Source of the DNA: Saprolegnia diclina VS20
Lineage: Eukaryota
Length of the DNA stretch: 35,826 nt
Reading direction: 5' to 3'
NCBI RefSeq assembly: GCF_000281045.1
Contig: NW_008246096.1
Coordinates: 386,338-422,163, forward strand
Notes under the pieces: model-generated
Database searches by the model: none
Told to the model about the DNA's origin: nothing
What the model saw: the letters and a program-made list of their open reading frames with translations, nothing else
Made by a program: the position numbers and the translations under genes
Shown: positions 9,284 through 22,031 of the stretch, piece by piece
Layout of the letters: each line of letters starts with the position of its first letter
How positions within the stretch are numbered: position 1 is the first letter of the stretch

Positions 9284-12200
9284 TCAAAGGCCCTTTTCCG
9301 TGAGGAGGCGACGCTGGGCGCCCGAGCTCTTGAAAGCCTTGATCACGCGGATCTGCGTGCGGAGGCGGGCAAAGGTGCGCATCCAGAGCTCCTTGCCGCG
9401 CGCCGACGGCTCGTGGACCGTCTCGACTTCGTTGCACGAGGTAAAGAACTGCGGAAAGTGGTCGGCGTGCACACAGCGGAGCAAGAGGCCGACCGGGAGC
9501 GAGAGCGCGCCAATGCCAATGCAGATCGCCCACTGCGAGCCCGAGAGCGGCGCGCACTTGAGCGCGAGGCCGCCAAACTGGACCATGACCGCCTGCAGCG
9601 TGATCTGGAAGATCTGGATGCCAATGTAGAGCTGGTTCTGGAAGAAGCCGTCAAAGACGTTGAGCTCGTCGTGGATGCGGCGGGCGTTGATCTCGTTGAA
9701 GAGCTGGAGGAACACAAACGTGTTGAAGATCATCGTGTAGTGCTCGGTCGGGTTGTTGCCGTCGCGCTCGTCCTTGTAGCCCGCCTTGACGTTGATGAGC
9801 GACGGCACAAACGTGAGCAAGAGAATGACAATGAGCTGGAAGATGCCCTGGCCGACAATGTGCTTGAACATCTTGCGCGAGATCAGTGCCTTGGTGCGCG
9901 GGTACGGCTTGCGCTCGAGGAGCGCATCTGTCGGCGAGTCGGTCGCGAGCGCGAGCGACGCAAACGTGTCCATGATGAGGTTGACCCACAGCAGCTGGAT
10001 GGCCGAGAGCGGCGACTCTTCGAGCACGATGGCACCGACGATCGCGACTGTGATCGCGACCAAGTTGACGGTCAGCTGAAACTGGAGAAACTTTGCGATC
10101 GAGTCGTACACGTTGCGGCCCCACTTGACCGCGTTCACAATCGACTTGAAGTTGTCGTCCATCAAGATAATATCCGACGCGTCCTTGGCGACCGCCGTAC
10201 CGCAAATGCCCATCGCAAAACCAACGTCCGCCTTCTTGAGCGCCGGCGCATCGTTGGTGCCGTCGCCCGTCACCGCCACGACCTGCGGGCCGTGCGGGTA
10301 CAAGTTGGAGGCGATCAGACCCGACACGAGCGTGTACTTGTCCTTCGGGCTCGACCGTGCGAGCACGCGGAGCATGGGCCAAATCTTGTCAAACTCGCTC
10401 TGGATGATGTTGCCGTTCGAGTCCAAGACGCGACGACGAAACTCGGCGCCTTCCATGACGAGCGACCCGTCGTTGGGCGAGAGGATACCGCACTTGAGCG
10501 CGATCGACTTGGCGGTGGCCATGTTGTCGCCCGTCACCATGCGCACGACGATACCAGCCTTGTTGCACTGGCGGATCGCACCGGGCACTTCGTCGCGGAC
10601 CGGGTCTTCGATGCCGACAATGGCCACGCACGTGAGGTCGCGCTCGAGGTCTTCGTCGGCCCACGTCTTGATGACTTCCATCGACGCGTCAATGTCACGG
10701 TAGGCCAAGCAGAGCGTGCGGTAGGCCTGGTTCGCATACGTTTCGATCACGTTGCTGTGGATGTGGTTCTTCTGCGCCTCGTTGAGCGGCGACACCGACC
10801 CGTCGAGCTGCAGCTGCGACTGGCAGAGGTCCAAGACAATCTCGCTCGCACCCTTGGTGAAGACGCGGCACGTCGTCGCCGAGGTGCGGACGACCACCGT
10901 CATGCGCTTCTTCGTGCTGCTAAACGTGAGCATGTGACCGACATCGCCGGCCTTGCGCACGTCGGCGTAGACCACGCCCATGTCGGTGGCGAGCTGGAGG
11001 AGCGCACACTCGGTCTTGTTGCCCGTGTGCTCGGGCTTGCCACCGGCCTTGAGCGGCGGAAGGATCTCGGCCGTCGAGTTGAGGCAGATGCCATCGCAGA
11101 GGGCCGCCATGGCGACCGCCGACAAGGCGGCGCGGAGGTCGGCCGCCGACGAGAACTCCGTGTTGCCGACGTAGCTTTCGACGACCGTCATGCGGTTGGT
11201 CGTAAGCGTGCCCGTCTTGTCCGAGCAGATCGTGGTCGCTGAGCCCATCGTCTCGCACGCGTCGAGGTGGCGCACGAGGTTGTTGTCCAAGAGCATCTTC
11301 TTGACGGAAAAGGCGAGCGCAATCGTCACAGCGAGCGGGAGACCTTCGGGGATCGCGACGACAAGCACCGTGATACCGATGATAAAGTGGCCGAGGTACT
11401 CGGAAAAGTAGTCGCTCGACCACGGCTTGTCATCCACGCCAAACGTCTTGATGGAGAAGCGCATGACAAGGCCGACGAACACAATGATGGCCGCCGCGAG
11501 ACCGAGCTTGCCGATAAGCACCGTGAGGCGGTCGAGCTTGCCCTGGAGCGGCGAGACCGGTTCGTCCTCGTCACCATCGTCCTTAGACGTGCTGCTGCGG
11601 GACGTCTCGAGCTGGAGGTCGGGCACTTGGTTGTTGGGCGTCACGACCGCGACGTAGTTGTCCGCGACCTCAGCGTCCGGCGAGTTCTTTGGCTTGCCGC
11701 CCTTGCCCATGATGAGCTTGGAGATGATACCGGCCTGCGACGACTCGCCGACGCAGACGACGAGCATCTTGCCGACGCCTTCCATGACCTTCGTACCCGA
11801 GAGCAGGAACGGGGCGTCCTTGCGGGTCTTGCGGAGGAGAATCGACTCGCCCGTCATCGCACTCTCGTCGATCTTAAGCTCGTTCTCGTCAAAGACAAGG
11901 CCGTCCGCGGGCAAAATGTCACCGACGTCGACGCGGACAACGTCACCAACGACCAAGTTGAACTTGCTGACCTCGGCGGGCACGCCGTTGCGAATGACCT
12001 TGATCTTCTCGTCTTCCTTGACTGCGTTGAGCGCGCGGAACTGCTTCTCCTTTTGGTAGTCGTTGAGGGCCGTGACCAAGACGACAATGAAGACGGCAAA
12101 GAGGATCGAGACGCCTTCGATCCACGCCATGTTGGGCTCGTCGCTCTCGACCTTGGTGCTGTTGACCGAGGTCTTTGGGCCCGAGTCGTGCGGCGCGACG

Positions 12201-12547
12201 ATACCGAGGATGAGCGAGAAGACGCCCGCGACGCTCAAGATGATGATCGTCAAGTCCTATCAAATGAAATGAGTTCTTCCTGTCAAGAAATCAAGGGTGA
12301 GTACCTGGAACGCCTGCCACATGAGCTCAAAGATCGTGCTGGGCTTCTCGGGCTCAATGTAGTTCTTGCCGTACGTCGCTTCGCGCTGGGCGAGATCGGC
12401 CGCGTTGTCGTTGTCGAGGCCACCGTCGAGCGAGACACCGAGGGACGCGGCGACGCCTTCGACACCACCGAGGTGGGCAAGCGCGTCGGCCGCGCGCTCC
12501 TTGGGCGTCTCGACGAGGCGGATGAGGTCGCCAGTGAGCAGCTTCAT
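9284..12547 (-). CDS. Plasma-membrane Ca2+-ATPase (PMCA), copy 2, complete; 2 exons
   Basis: Exon 1 runs 12547-12305 (MKLLTGDL...GGVEG...YGKNYI..IFELMWQAFQ), followed by a 48-nt intron at 12257-12304 and exon 2 (DLTIIIL...IDESAMTGES...PEGLPLAV...DKTGTLT). Nearly identical to copy 1. The annotated stop at 9284 may be a sequencing error (see findings). Confidence 0.96.
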
Positions 12548-12575
12548 TGCGAAGTACCGAGTACCGAGACCGGAG

Positions 12576-12590
12576 CAAATTGTAGAATGA
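12576..12590 (-). promoter_or_regulatory. Oomycete Inr+FPR core promoter of PMCA copy 2
   Basis: Minus strand reads TCATTCTACAATTTG, about 30 nt upstream of the ATG at 12547; matches the oomycete YCATTYY-N-CAWTTT-type core promoter. Confidence 0.7.
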
Positions 12591-14575
12591 TAGAAACTCT
12601 GTTTCTTCTATCTCGTCCAGATGGGCGATGCTGGACAGACTGGACCGGAGGATGTTGCAGTTTGCCGGCGTCGTCAAGGAGCTAGAGCCAGAGACTCGAA
12701 AGTTTTTAGCATCCATCATCTGACGAAGGTTAGAAGGACGTTTGTTGCACATGCTGGACGTGGGTACATGCATCCAGGTACCCATCTGTTGTCAGATTCA
12801 AGCGGGAGATTCGGTGGCTATGCACGCCGGCGTCATTCGTATGGCCAGAAAGACCGTGAACCTGCGGCGGTTCATGCCGGCGTCATACCCAAAGCCGGCT
12901 GTTGAACGCCTCTCGCCGACCGCTCGCACCACCACAGATCGCATGTGATAACGCGCCGGGAGGCCGCGCCAGAGGAAAGGAATATTTTCGTAATGCGCCG
13001 CGTACCACTTCGGCGATGGCAGGTACATCAGCTTGGACAGGTACTTGTGAGGAAGAGGCGCGTTGCTCTTGATGTGCACCGTCGACCTGGCACGTGGCAG
13101 CTTCATTAAAATCGCTCTGGCGGCCGTCGTAGAGAATGACCAGCAATGGCGCTTGTCCAAGCTGCCAGCGCATTTCCGTTGCACCGAGATGGGACGCATC
13201 GCACGCTGCATGTGACGTGGATCGGCAGCGACCGCGAGAGCTGCCACGGCGAAAAACTTGCGATGGCCACCAGGAGGACGTTCGATAAGCTGTTCCATGG
13301 AAAAGGTCAACATCACCAAGCGATAATGCACAGTGCATTGGCCCTTGACATGCCCCTGCATTTGCACAGTGTAGAGAAGAGGGAACGTCCGTGGAGTGTT
13401 TTCATCCACGACCCGGCGATGAAGCCGAGAGACTTGTAGGGTGGCCGATAGCGCATGGACCTGAAGTTTATGATAAAGGATTTGTGTGGTAGCTGATCCG
13501 AGCAGTTGCCATCACCACGCCGCAACAGCGACCTGGACGAGGACGTTCCGTAGTGGAGACAAAGGTGTTTAGCCCTACGTCATGGCTGGTCGTTCTCCAA
13601 TGGACAGGTCGTCAACTGGAGTCTCGATAGCTTCACACCTTTTCTCCTAGACGAGCGTCCGTTCCACAAGGCAAAAGCGTTCATTCGACAGAGTTTCGAA
13701 GAGCATTCCACTTGCACATCGCAGTCGCAACGACGTTGAAGTCTGGGCTTCAAGTAGCAAATGTCGAAGTTGCTCGGTGCTTGACCTCGTTGGGACGCGA
13801 CTTCGAACATGACCTGTTATGCTTTGCACTCAGGACGGCGCTGGAGCTCTCTCGTGACTCCTGGCTGCGACCAAACGCTTTCCCGTCGTTTGCTCCCCTA
13901 ACGTTAAATCGTCTGCAAACGACCTGCGATCGAGCGCTGTGGGAGCTCGTTGTGTGGAGGACTCCGCCGATCCCTCTCGCTTCGAATCCTTCTTCAACTG
14001 CCTACCACGTAGCAAGAACTGCTTGCCGAACGACGACACATCCCCGCGCTTCTCTCGGAAGCAAGCCAGGATCATAGGTCCGTGCCAGGATGCAGAGACC
14101 CAACGTCGCTGACCCTGCTGCTCATACCAAGGCCAGTGCTCCCCTGTTAGCTGCTAACGTTACACTGGTGCAGCGCGTGGTGTGCCCAAGCGCAAACTCG
14201 AGGCTTCTTCTGTCAAGTCCTGTCGAAGCACTCGACAAAAGTCTCTGCCTTCGTTGGATGCTCTCGATGCTTCCTTGTTGTAGCGCAGGGTATCTAGATC
14301 ACCTCGTACAATCAAGCACACACGGGCCAATCGATGCACAGGTCGCCAGCCCACGATGGCTTCATGAGTGCGCAGGACGATCCCCAACATCGTCCGTCAA
14401 CTCGGGCTCCTCCATGGCCGCTGGAGATGCAAGTGGCGTCCTTGGCGTCCGACTTGAGCGAACGCTCATGCCAAGATTGTCATGCAAATATGAGCGTGAC
14501 CTTAGAAAGCTGCTCTGTGAGGTTGGGCGTTAAGGGGCAAAATCATGATCGTGTAAAGGGTGCAGTGTGATCTAA

Positions 14576-16647
14576 TTATTGGTCGTCCAACTTGGGCTTC
14601 TTGCCTTCGGGCTCGCCTTCTGCTCCATGTATGAGCCCCATGTCGTCCATGAGCAATATATAAACGTACCGACAACGCGCGCCAACTCGGCGCCGGCAAG
14701 GCCACGCGCGCGGCTCTTGGGGCCCCAGTACGCTTCCGGGTTCTTGGGGAAACGAAGCGCCTTCTCCTTGCCCGCCGACGGACGCTTGCCCTAATCCATA
14801 CAAACAAAATCGTTCGCACCATATTTCGCTCACAACACGAGATACCGTAAAGACGGCTTCGTGCTTGGGTTCCTTGGCGAGGATCTGCGTGCCCGCATCC
14901 CTCTCCGACTCGTGCTTCTTGGAGATCGGGTGCTTCTTGACCCAGCAGCGCATGATATCCCAAATGATGTCGTTGGGCGCGTCCGTCTTGATGGCTTCCG
15001 GGACCTTGTGCGACTGCGACACCTTGTAGCCGGCGTTGAGAATGGCCGATTGCATTTGCTACATTGCATGAGCCTCCGACTCCGAGCCATTCTACGTACG
15101 TCCATGCGCAGCTGGCTGCAGTGCAGCGTCTTGCAAATGCCGTGGAGCGTGTAGTACAGCGGCGCGTCGACCACCTGAGAAACCACACTCAGCGTCGACT
15201 TGGATGCAGGCAAGTAAACCTCTTCCGAGACGGACGTGAGCAACCCGTGGAGACGGTCCTTGGTCGGGTACTTGGCGACACCCTCCTTGATGACGTTCTC
15301 ACGGACCTTGAGCACCATGTCGCGGTCGTGGAGCGGGTTGGACCAGATCGGACCTACAGGGTGCTGAGGATATGGCTGACGCATGATGGGGACGCACCCG
15401 ACATCTTGAACTTTTTGCCGCACTGGTCACAAAGCGCGCGCTCGGGCTCCTAGAAGCACGCCACGTTGGCTCTCCACCGCCGACAAGTCTCGACGTACGA
15501 CGAACGACGCGCTGTACGTCTTGCCGTTGAACTTGCCGAGCGGCTGCATGTGGAAGCTGTCGCAGCCCGTACACTAGCCACATTGGATGAGCAGCCTGGG
15601 GGGTAGGTATAGGGTATGGAAAATGAGCGTACTTGGTAGACGTACGACTGCTTGGTCATGGACGCCTTGACGTTCACGGGCGACTTGTAGACGCGGACAA
15701 AGACGCGGACGTAGAAGTCGATGCTGCACGAGACGACCGGCACAATGTGCTTTTGGTACCGGATGGCCGCCGACTCGATCGAGTGCAAGACTAGCACGAG
15801 GTTGGTTAGGATAGATAGAGATAGGGATGTAGTACCCATGCGCAGCGCGTTCTCGTGGAGGTAGTTGGACTTGTACGGGACGCTGCCGTAGCGATGGAAG
15901 CACACGTCCGGGTCCTTCCCAGAGAGCACGGGCATGTCGGTGCACGTGACGCAGAGAAGACCGCCGTTGGCAATCGCCTGCACGGCGCCGTCGAGGAAGA
16001 TGGACGCCGACCCGTACGGATCGAGGTCGATCACGTCAAAGTTGTCGGCTTCCTTGCGGTGGCGGTACATGACGGACGTCGCATCGTCTTCGTTCGGGAT
16101 GAGCTTGTCGGTCGTCAAGCCGTTAAACTACCACGACATCACTGAGGACCAACGTTGCCAAGCAAACGCGTACCTCGATGTTGCGCTTGATCGAGATGAC
16201 AGCCGCCGGGTCGAGGTCGTTGACAAGGATCGACTTGACGCCAGCAATCTCTTGCCAGTAGCGAATCGAGCGCAGACCACTGGCCGAGAGCGCTTCAAAG
16301 ATCTTGAGGCCGCTCGTCTCGGCGTTCGCGAGCACATGCGCCTTGACCTCGTCGTCACTCGGGACCTCCTCGTTCTTTTCACGCTTGCGCTGCTTGAGGA
16401 TCGCCTCGCGGGCGCGCTCGTGCGCAAACTGGTTGATGACCGCGATCGAGAGGTCGCGGTTGAGCACTTGCACCTTGTTGTAGAAGACCTGGTTACCCTT
16501 GGGGAAAATGATCTTGGCGCGGCCTTCCTTGATGATCTCGCCGTCGGCCATGGGCGTCGTCTTGGGCGTAGCGTCAGTGCTCATGCTGCGGCGGCAGGTC
16601 GTCCGGGAGAGCGGGCGATGGCGTGGGAAAAGCCGATGTAACATCAT
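14576..16647 (-). CDS. TRM1: tRNA (guanine26-N2,N2)-dimethyltransferase; about 10 exons
   Basis: Motifs IKEGRA, VFYNKVQVLNRDLS, EALSASGLRSIRY, FDVIDLDPYGS, GGLLCVTCTDM, HENALR, SIDFYVRVFVRV, GPIWSNPLHD, PLYYTL, LNAGYKVSQSH and IKTDAP..IWDIMRCW. About nine short introns (e.g. 16128-16173, 15791-15835, 15574-15632). Start could be 16647, 16584 or 16551. Confidence 0.94.
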
Positions 16648-17239
16648 GGACACTTGAATGGTGCTCCCAAAAACGTGCCAATTTTGACCAGTAAAATGCG
16701 AGCTCACCTCGGGCGGCTTGCTCTTCTGCCCGCCCGCTCATTGGCCCGTTGTGGCACGCTATTTGCGGCAGAGGTCGGCTTATATTCGGCATCATCATGG
16801 TGCCGAGTGGCAGACATGGTACGACAGTCTGGAGCTGCAACAAGGGATACAACGGGGGCTCCGGAAGTACTGTTCTACATGGACTCAACGTACGCAGTCG
16901 TCGCCGCCTGGAGCCTACCACCCAGCGTCGGACCATACATTTTCATCCTCTTTTTTCATTTCCCATTAAAGTAAAATGCTAAGGAGAGCCTTCCTGCAGG
17001 CGTCGAGCGTTGAAATGTCCACCATGGCACGTATGCTGGCTGCACTATGCTGTACGGCGCGACAATGTGCTCGCTGAACAGGACGCGAGACCGTCAGAGC
17101 AAGCTGGTCTTACACGTGGCACATGCCGAATCGTAGCGCTCGTATTGGTTTTCAGTCATTTTAATAAAATCCGATCTTCGTGTGAGGGCTCGTATCCGGA
17201 TACGCGATTGCGGCAAGAAGGTTCCTTGCTGCGAAGATA

Positions 17240-20200
17240 ATGGGAGCAGCCTCGAGCATCGACGATGGGGCGCCGGACCTCGAGCCGTACGACCGCCTGC
17301 GCGAAGGCTTCCGCCGCTTGCTGCCGCCGGGCGCGCCGCGAGGCCATGGCATCGACCGCGCGACCTTCCGCTACATGGTGCTTGCGTCCTTCCCTCGCTT
17401 CCCGCGGACGCTGGCCGAGCGCATCTTTGACGTGCTCAACGTCGAGCACTCGGGGCTGCTGCAGCTAAGCGAGCTCCTTGCCGGTCTCGAGCTTTCGCGT
17501 GACGTTCCATCCTCCGACGCCAAGCTGCAGCAGGCGTACCGCGAGAAGCAGTGCAAGCTTCTCTTTGCCATCTACGACTACAACGACACGGGCTTGCTCC
17601 AGCGCGACGTCCTCGAGCGTTTTGTCATTGTCATCTATGGCGCAGCGAAGCTGCCGCTTGTCGCACCCGCGCTCGACGTGCTCTTTGACAAGGCTACGCT
17701 CTCGCAGGTAGACACGACTGCTTTGTCTCCTCTAAGCATCCGTCGCCTCGCTCTAGGCGCCATTCCTGACGTACGCCGAGTTCCACCGCCACTTTGAGAC
17801 GCGCAATGCATCTTTGGAGTTTCTCTTTCGCTGGCTGGCGACCGTCGCCATGCACGTCGGTCGCGGCCCGGACCCCGGTATCGGCGCACTGCAGACGGCG
17901 TACAGCGTCGTTGCGATCCGCGACCGCATCCGCGCCGACACGCTCTTGACGATTGAAGAGATTTGCAACCTTGAAAAGTGGTTTCAGCGCGCCCTCACGA
18001 GCGGCCAGCGGCTCGCGACCGACGCGTTCGTCCAAAGTACCTTTGCCGCGTCAACGTCGCCACGCTTTGCAGAGGCCCTCGCACGCTTCATCGGCCCGCG
18101 CCTCGACTTTCACCAGTTTTGCCTCCTCGTGTCGACCTTTGCGCGGAGCTCCACCGACGACGCGCTGCGCTACCTCTTTCGCATCGTCGCGGACCCGCGA
18201 TTGACGCATGCCACGCTCGTCGAGCTCGTTGAACACCCAATGCATGACAACGCCACCTCGTCCCATGTAAGCATCCTCTTCTCTCGACGCACGCCATGCT
18301 GACGCTCTCTCTAGAGTGCAGACGACAACGTCCGGGCGGATAGCGACGACGCTGATGGGTACACGCTCGAAGCGTTTGTCGAACTGGCAACTTCGTCGTC
18401 GTCGCGCTCGTTGGTGGAGCCGCTTTTGCATGCACTGGCCATCGCCGTCTCGTCCCAGTTCAACTACAGCGTCAAGCCGCAGACGCCAGCGATCGAGCGC
18501 TGCATCGTGCGTGCCCGCTGGCTCGACTACACCATCCCTCAGCGCTTGCATGTCCGTCTACTCTCGTTCTGCAACCAGATCCTTCACGTACGAGGTAGAT
18601 CTGGCACCTCGTTGACACGGCGTGGTGGTGCGCGTGGTGCAAGTACTCGGGCTTCCACGTGCTCGAAGGCACCCGCGGCGGGTCGCTGCCGTTTCCAGCC
18701 CTGCCCGCCAGCGTCGTGCAAACCACTGGCCTCGACGTGTGTGACGACGACGCGTCGACGACCGAGCGGCCGCCGCGCCTCAACAATTGGGCGCTGCAGC
18801 TGCGTGCCGGCAGCCGTCGGCTCCAGCCCAACATGGTGCTCGGCCAGCATTTTCACGTGTGTCTTGTCGCTTCCACGGCTGTCATTTCAAATGTGTTTGT
18901 AGCTGTTGCCCGAGCCCGTGTACACGGCGTTGGTGGCGTGGTTTGGCGGCGGCCCGCCCTTTGCGCGGTCCTATGTCGTCGGCGACGACGGGCACTTGAC
19001 GTTGGAGCTCTTCCCGCTTGTGCTGCGGGTCGCCAAGACCACGTACCGCGGCGACATCACGTTGTCGGGCGAGGAGATCCTCGTCGGCGCGCACTCGACG
19101 ACGGCGTCCATGCTTTACGACTGCTGCCACGCGCTCGTCGTTTTGCGCGATGCAGTATCCAAATCCCGTCTCTGGGCATTCCGCCAAGACCAACCGTTGG
19201 CCAAGGTGTGTTTGGCCAAGTCGGAACGCAACTGCATGCTGCACTAGGTGCTACTGCCACCCAATGCACTGCCCTACGCCCAGCTCAGCCAAGAATGGGT
19301 CTTGCTCGTTGAAGTGCAAGACAGCGACGGGTCCTGGCCGCTCTCCCAGGTAGAACCTTGGTCGATCGTGCTGGCACGGACAGGGATATGTGACTAGCCG
19401 GAAGGAAGTCTGGACGAGACAGCACCCGAGAGTCACCCGCCGTCTTCGGACGCGCCAAAATCTTACTCGAACGGGCTCGTCGGACTCGACAACCTCGGAA
19501 ACACGTGCTACATGAGCAGTGCGATCCAGTGCTTGAGCCACTCACGCCTGCTCAGCGATTACTTTCGTACCGGGCTATACCGGCACGACATCAACACGCG
19601 CAACCCGCTGGGCATGCAGGTATGTCTGTATCCTGCTGATGTTTCATGTCCAACCACGTGTTTGCTTGGGCGGTAGGGGCGCCTTGCGGCCGCGTTTGGC
19701 CAGCTCGTGCTGCAGCTCTGGACAACGTCCAAGAAGCACTTGTCACCATCGCCGTTCAAGGCGGTGCTCGCCAAGTACAATAGCCACTTTGACAACGACG
19801 ACCAGCACGACGCCCAAGAACTCCTTGCGTTTCTTCTGAGTGGTCTCAGCGAAGATCTCAACCGCGTAGTCGAGCCGCCGCCAAGCACGCCGATCGCCGA
19901 CAGCCATGGCCGGCGCGACGCGGACGTGGCCGACGAGTGGTGGCAGACGTTTCTCCAGCGCGAAGTGTCGGTCATTGTCGCACTCTTTATGGGCCAGTAC
20001 AAGTCGCTGCTCACGTGTTCGCGCTGCCATTTTGCGTCGGCGTCGTTCGAGCCATTCACCTTTCTCCAAGTACGTTTCCCAATGCCCATGGTAGAAGCGT
20101 GCTCACGGCGCGTAGCTGCCGCTGCCCGAGAGCACGCTGCGGCACCTCGTCTTGACGATCGTGTTTCGCTGCGACCGACCGCCGCTGCGCGTCACAGTGC

Positions 20201-21942
20201 CGATCCAGCGCAGTGGCACCATCGCCGACGTCAAGCAGGCCGTGCTCGCGCTCGATGTCGTTGAGACGGCCCACCTCATTGCCGCGTGCCTCCAAGGTCG
20301 GGACGGCGTGGTGCACACGGTCTTTGCCGCGGGCCATAGCGTGTCGCATATTCGTGACGACGAGCCCCTCATCGTGTACGAAGTTGACGATGTCACCGCC
20401 CTGCAGCAGCAAGCGACGTGCGACCCGACCGCGCCGCTTCGCGTCGGCGACGCGGTTGGCGTCCCGAGCGACCGTGGCGGCACGCCGTCGCACGCGCGCA
20501 TCACTCACTGCAACGCCAACGGCACTTACGATATTGCGTACTGGACGGGCAAGCGCGACAGTGGGTAGGCTCTCCTTACCTGCATGTGTCCGGCCTCTCG
20601 ACGCGGCTCGTGTGTAGCTTGTCGCGCACACGCGTCTTGCAGTACGCGGGCAAGAGCGTGCACGTGTACTTGGTGCATCGCCGCATGGAGCACTCGAACG
20701 TCTTCTTGACCGACCCGTGTGTGTTGCGGCTGTTTGGGACGCCGCTCGTGCTGCCGTTTGTACCAAGCGCCACGACAGGTTATGCCTTGTACGTGGCAGT
20801 CTGGCAGCGTCTGCGTCGTATCTTTCATTGGACCGAGCTGCCGGTGCCGCTCAAGACCGCTCGCGCACCAAGTGCGCGCAGCAACGTGGCGACCGTTGCC
20901 CTCGGTCGCGGCCTGGGTACGCACGACTTGTATGCTCCATATTGAGCTCATACGAAGGCTGTGTAGAGGACACGGGGTTTGGGTTTTGTCTCCGGATGGT
21001 GACGACCGACGGGCTAGCGTGTTCGCGCTGCGACTGGCTCGACGGCTGCCGCGGCTGCTTGGTGCCCAGCGACGACGTCGCCTTCGTCCAAATGTGCGGT
21101 CGCGAGACGCTTGCGATCGACTGGGACATGGCGACCATGACAGAAGTCTACGACGGCGGCGAAGCCAGCAAAGTGGTGGTGGGCTCGGACAGATGGTTGT
21201 GCGTGCATGTAGATGCGGCGTAGGTGCACCCGAGCTACCACACGTACAAGGCGGTGGTCGACGCGCCCTTGAGCTTGGCGTCGTGCCTGCTCGAGTTTAC
21301 GGCCTGCGAACCCATGGACGAGGTGCGACCGCTCAGGTTCTTGGCGTATAAGATATCACAGACGAGCGTGGACAGGCGTTTTGCGGCCGCTGCAAGGCGC
21401 TGTCGCCGTCGACGAAGAAGATGGATCTCTGGCGCCTCCCGCCATTGCTCGTGATCCAGCTCAAACGCTTCCAGTACACGTCGTCGTCCAAGAAGAAGCT
21501 GCGGCAGCTCGTCCACTTCCCACTACGTGGCTTGGACTTGGCGGATTTTCTCGTCAAGAAGACGCTGACACCAGGGCTCGAACACTGGCAATTCCTCGGT
21601 GGCAAGCTCGCGACGCAACACGAGGCGCGTCCCAACAGCGTCTACGACCTGTACGCGGTCATCAACCACATGGGAGCCCTTGGCGCCGGCCACTACGTCG
21701 CCAACGTGCGAAGCGAGAGCGATCAAAAGTGGCGGTGCTTCAACGACCACCTCTGCCGCGACATTGACGAGCGCGACGTGGTCTCGTCATCGGCCTACAT
21801 TTTGTTCTACGCACGCCGCGACATGCAGTCGCTGCCCGTGCGCCAAGTGTTTCCGCCCAACATGAGTGCCAGCCCGCTCTCGGACGATGAGCTCTCAGCG
21901 ATGCTCTCGGACCGGGACGGCTCGCGCTGTACGATTAGCTAG
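17240..21942 (+). CDS. Ubiquitin carboxyl-terminal hydrolase, USP32-like (EF-hands, DUSP, UBL, split C19 catalytic domain); about a dozen introns
   Basis: N-terminal EF-hand-like segments (IFDVLNVEHSGLL, FAIYDYNDTGLL); DUSP-like end (LVAWFGGGP); Cys box GLVGLDNLGNTCYMSSAIQCLSH near 19470-19545; QHDAQELL; DLWRLPPLLVIQLKRF; His box YDLYAVINHMGALGAGHYVA; WRCFND; SAYILFY. N-terminus is MGAASS and C-terminus is CTIS. Confidence 0.92.
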
Positions 21943-22031
21943 CTTTTATAAAGTTATGGAAGAACTTGCAGGTGCTGGATGTGGTCAAGACGTGCCATGA
22001 CGCAAAAAGGTAGGAAGGACAGGCAAGAGGG

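Larger units (their letters stand above)
1..11362. repeat. Large inverted duplication: arm 1..~2144 matches the reverse complement of ~9219..11362; the left arm probably continues beyond the window
   Basis: Colinear, gap-free match (position x pairs with 11363-x). Only scattered, mostly synonymous substitutions in the coding part; amino-acid differences P/A, A/V, S/L and R/K. Confidence 0.93.
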
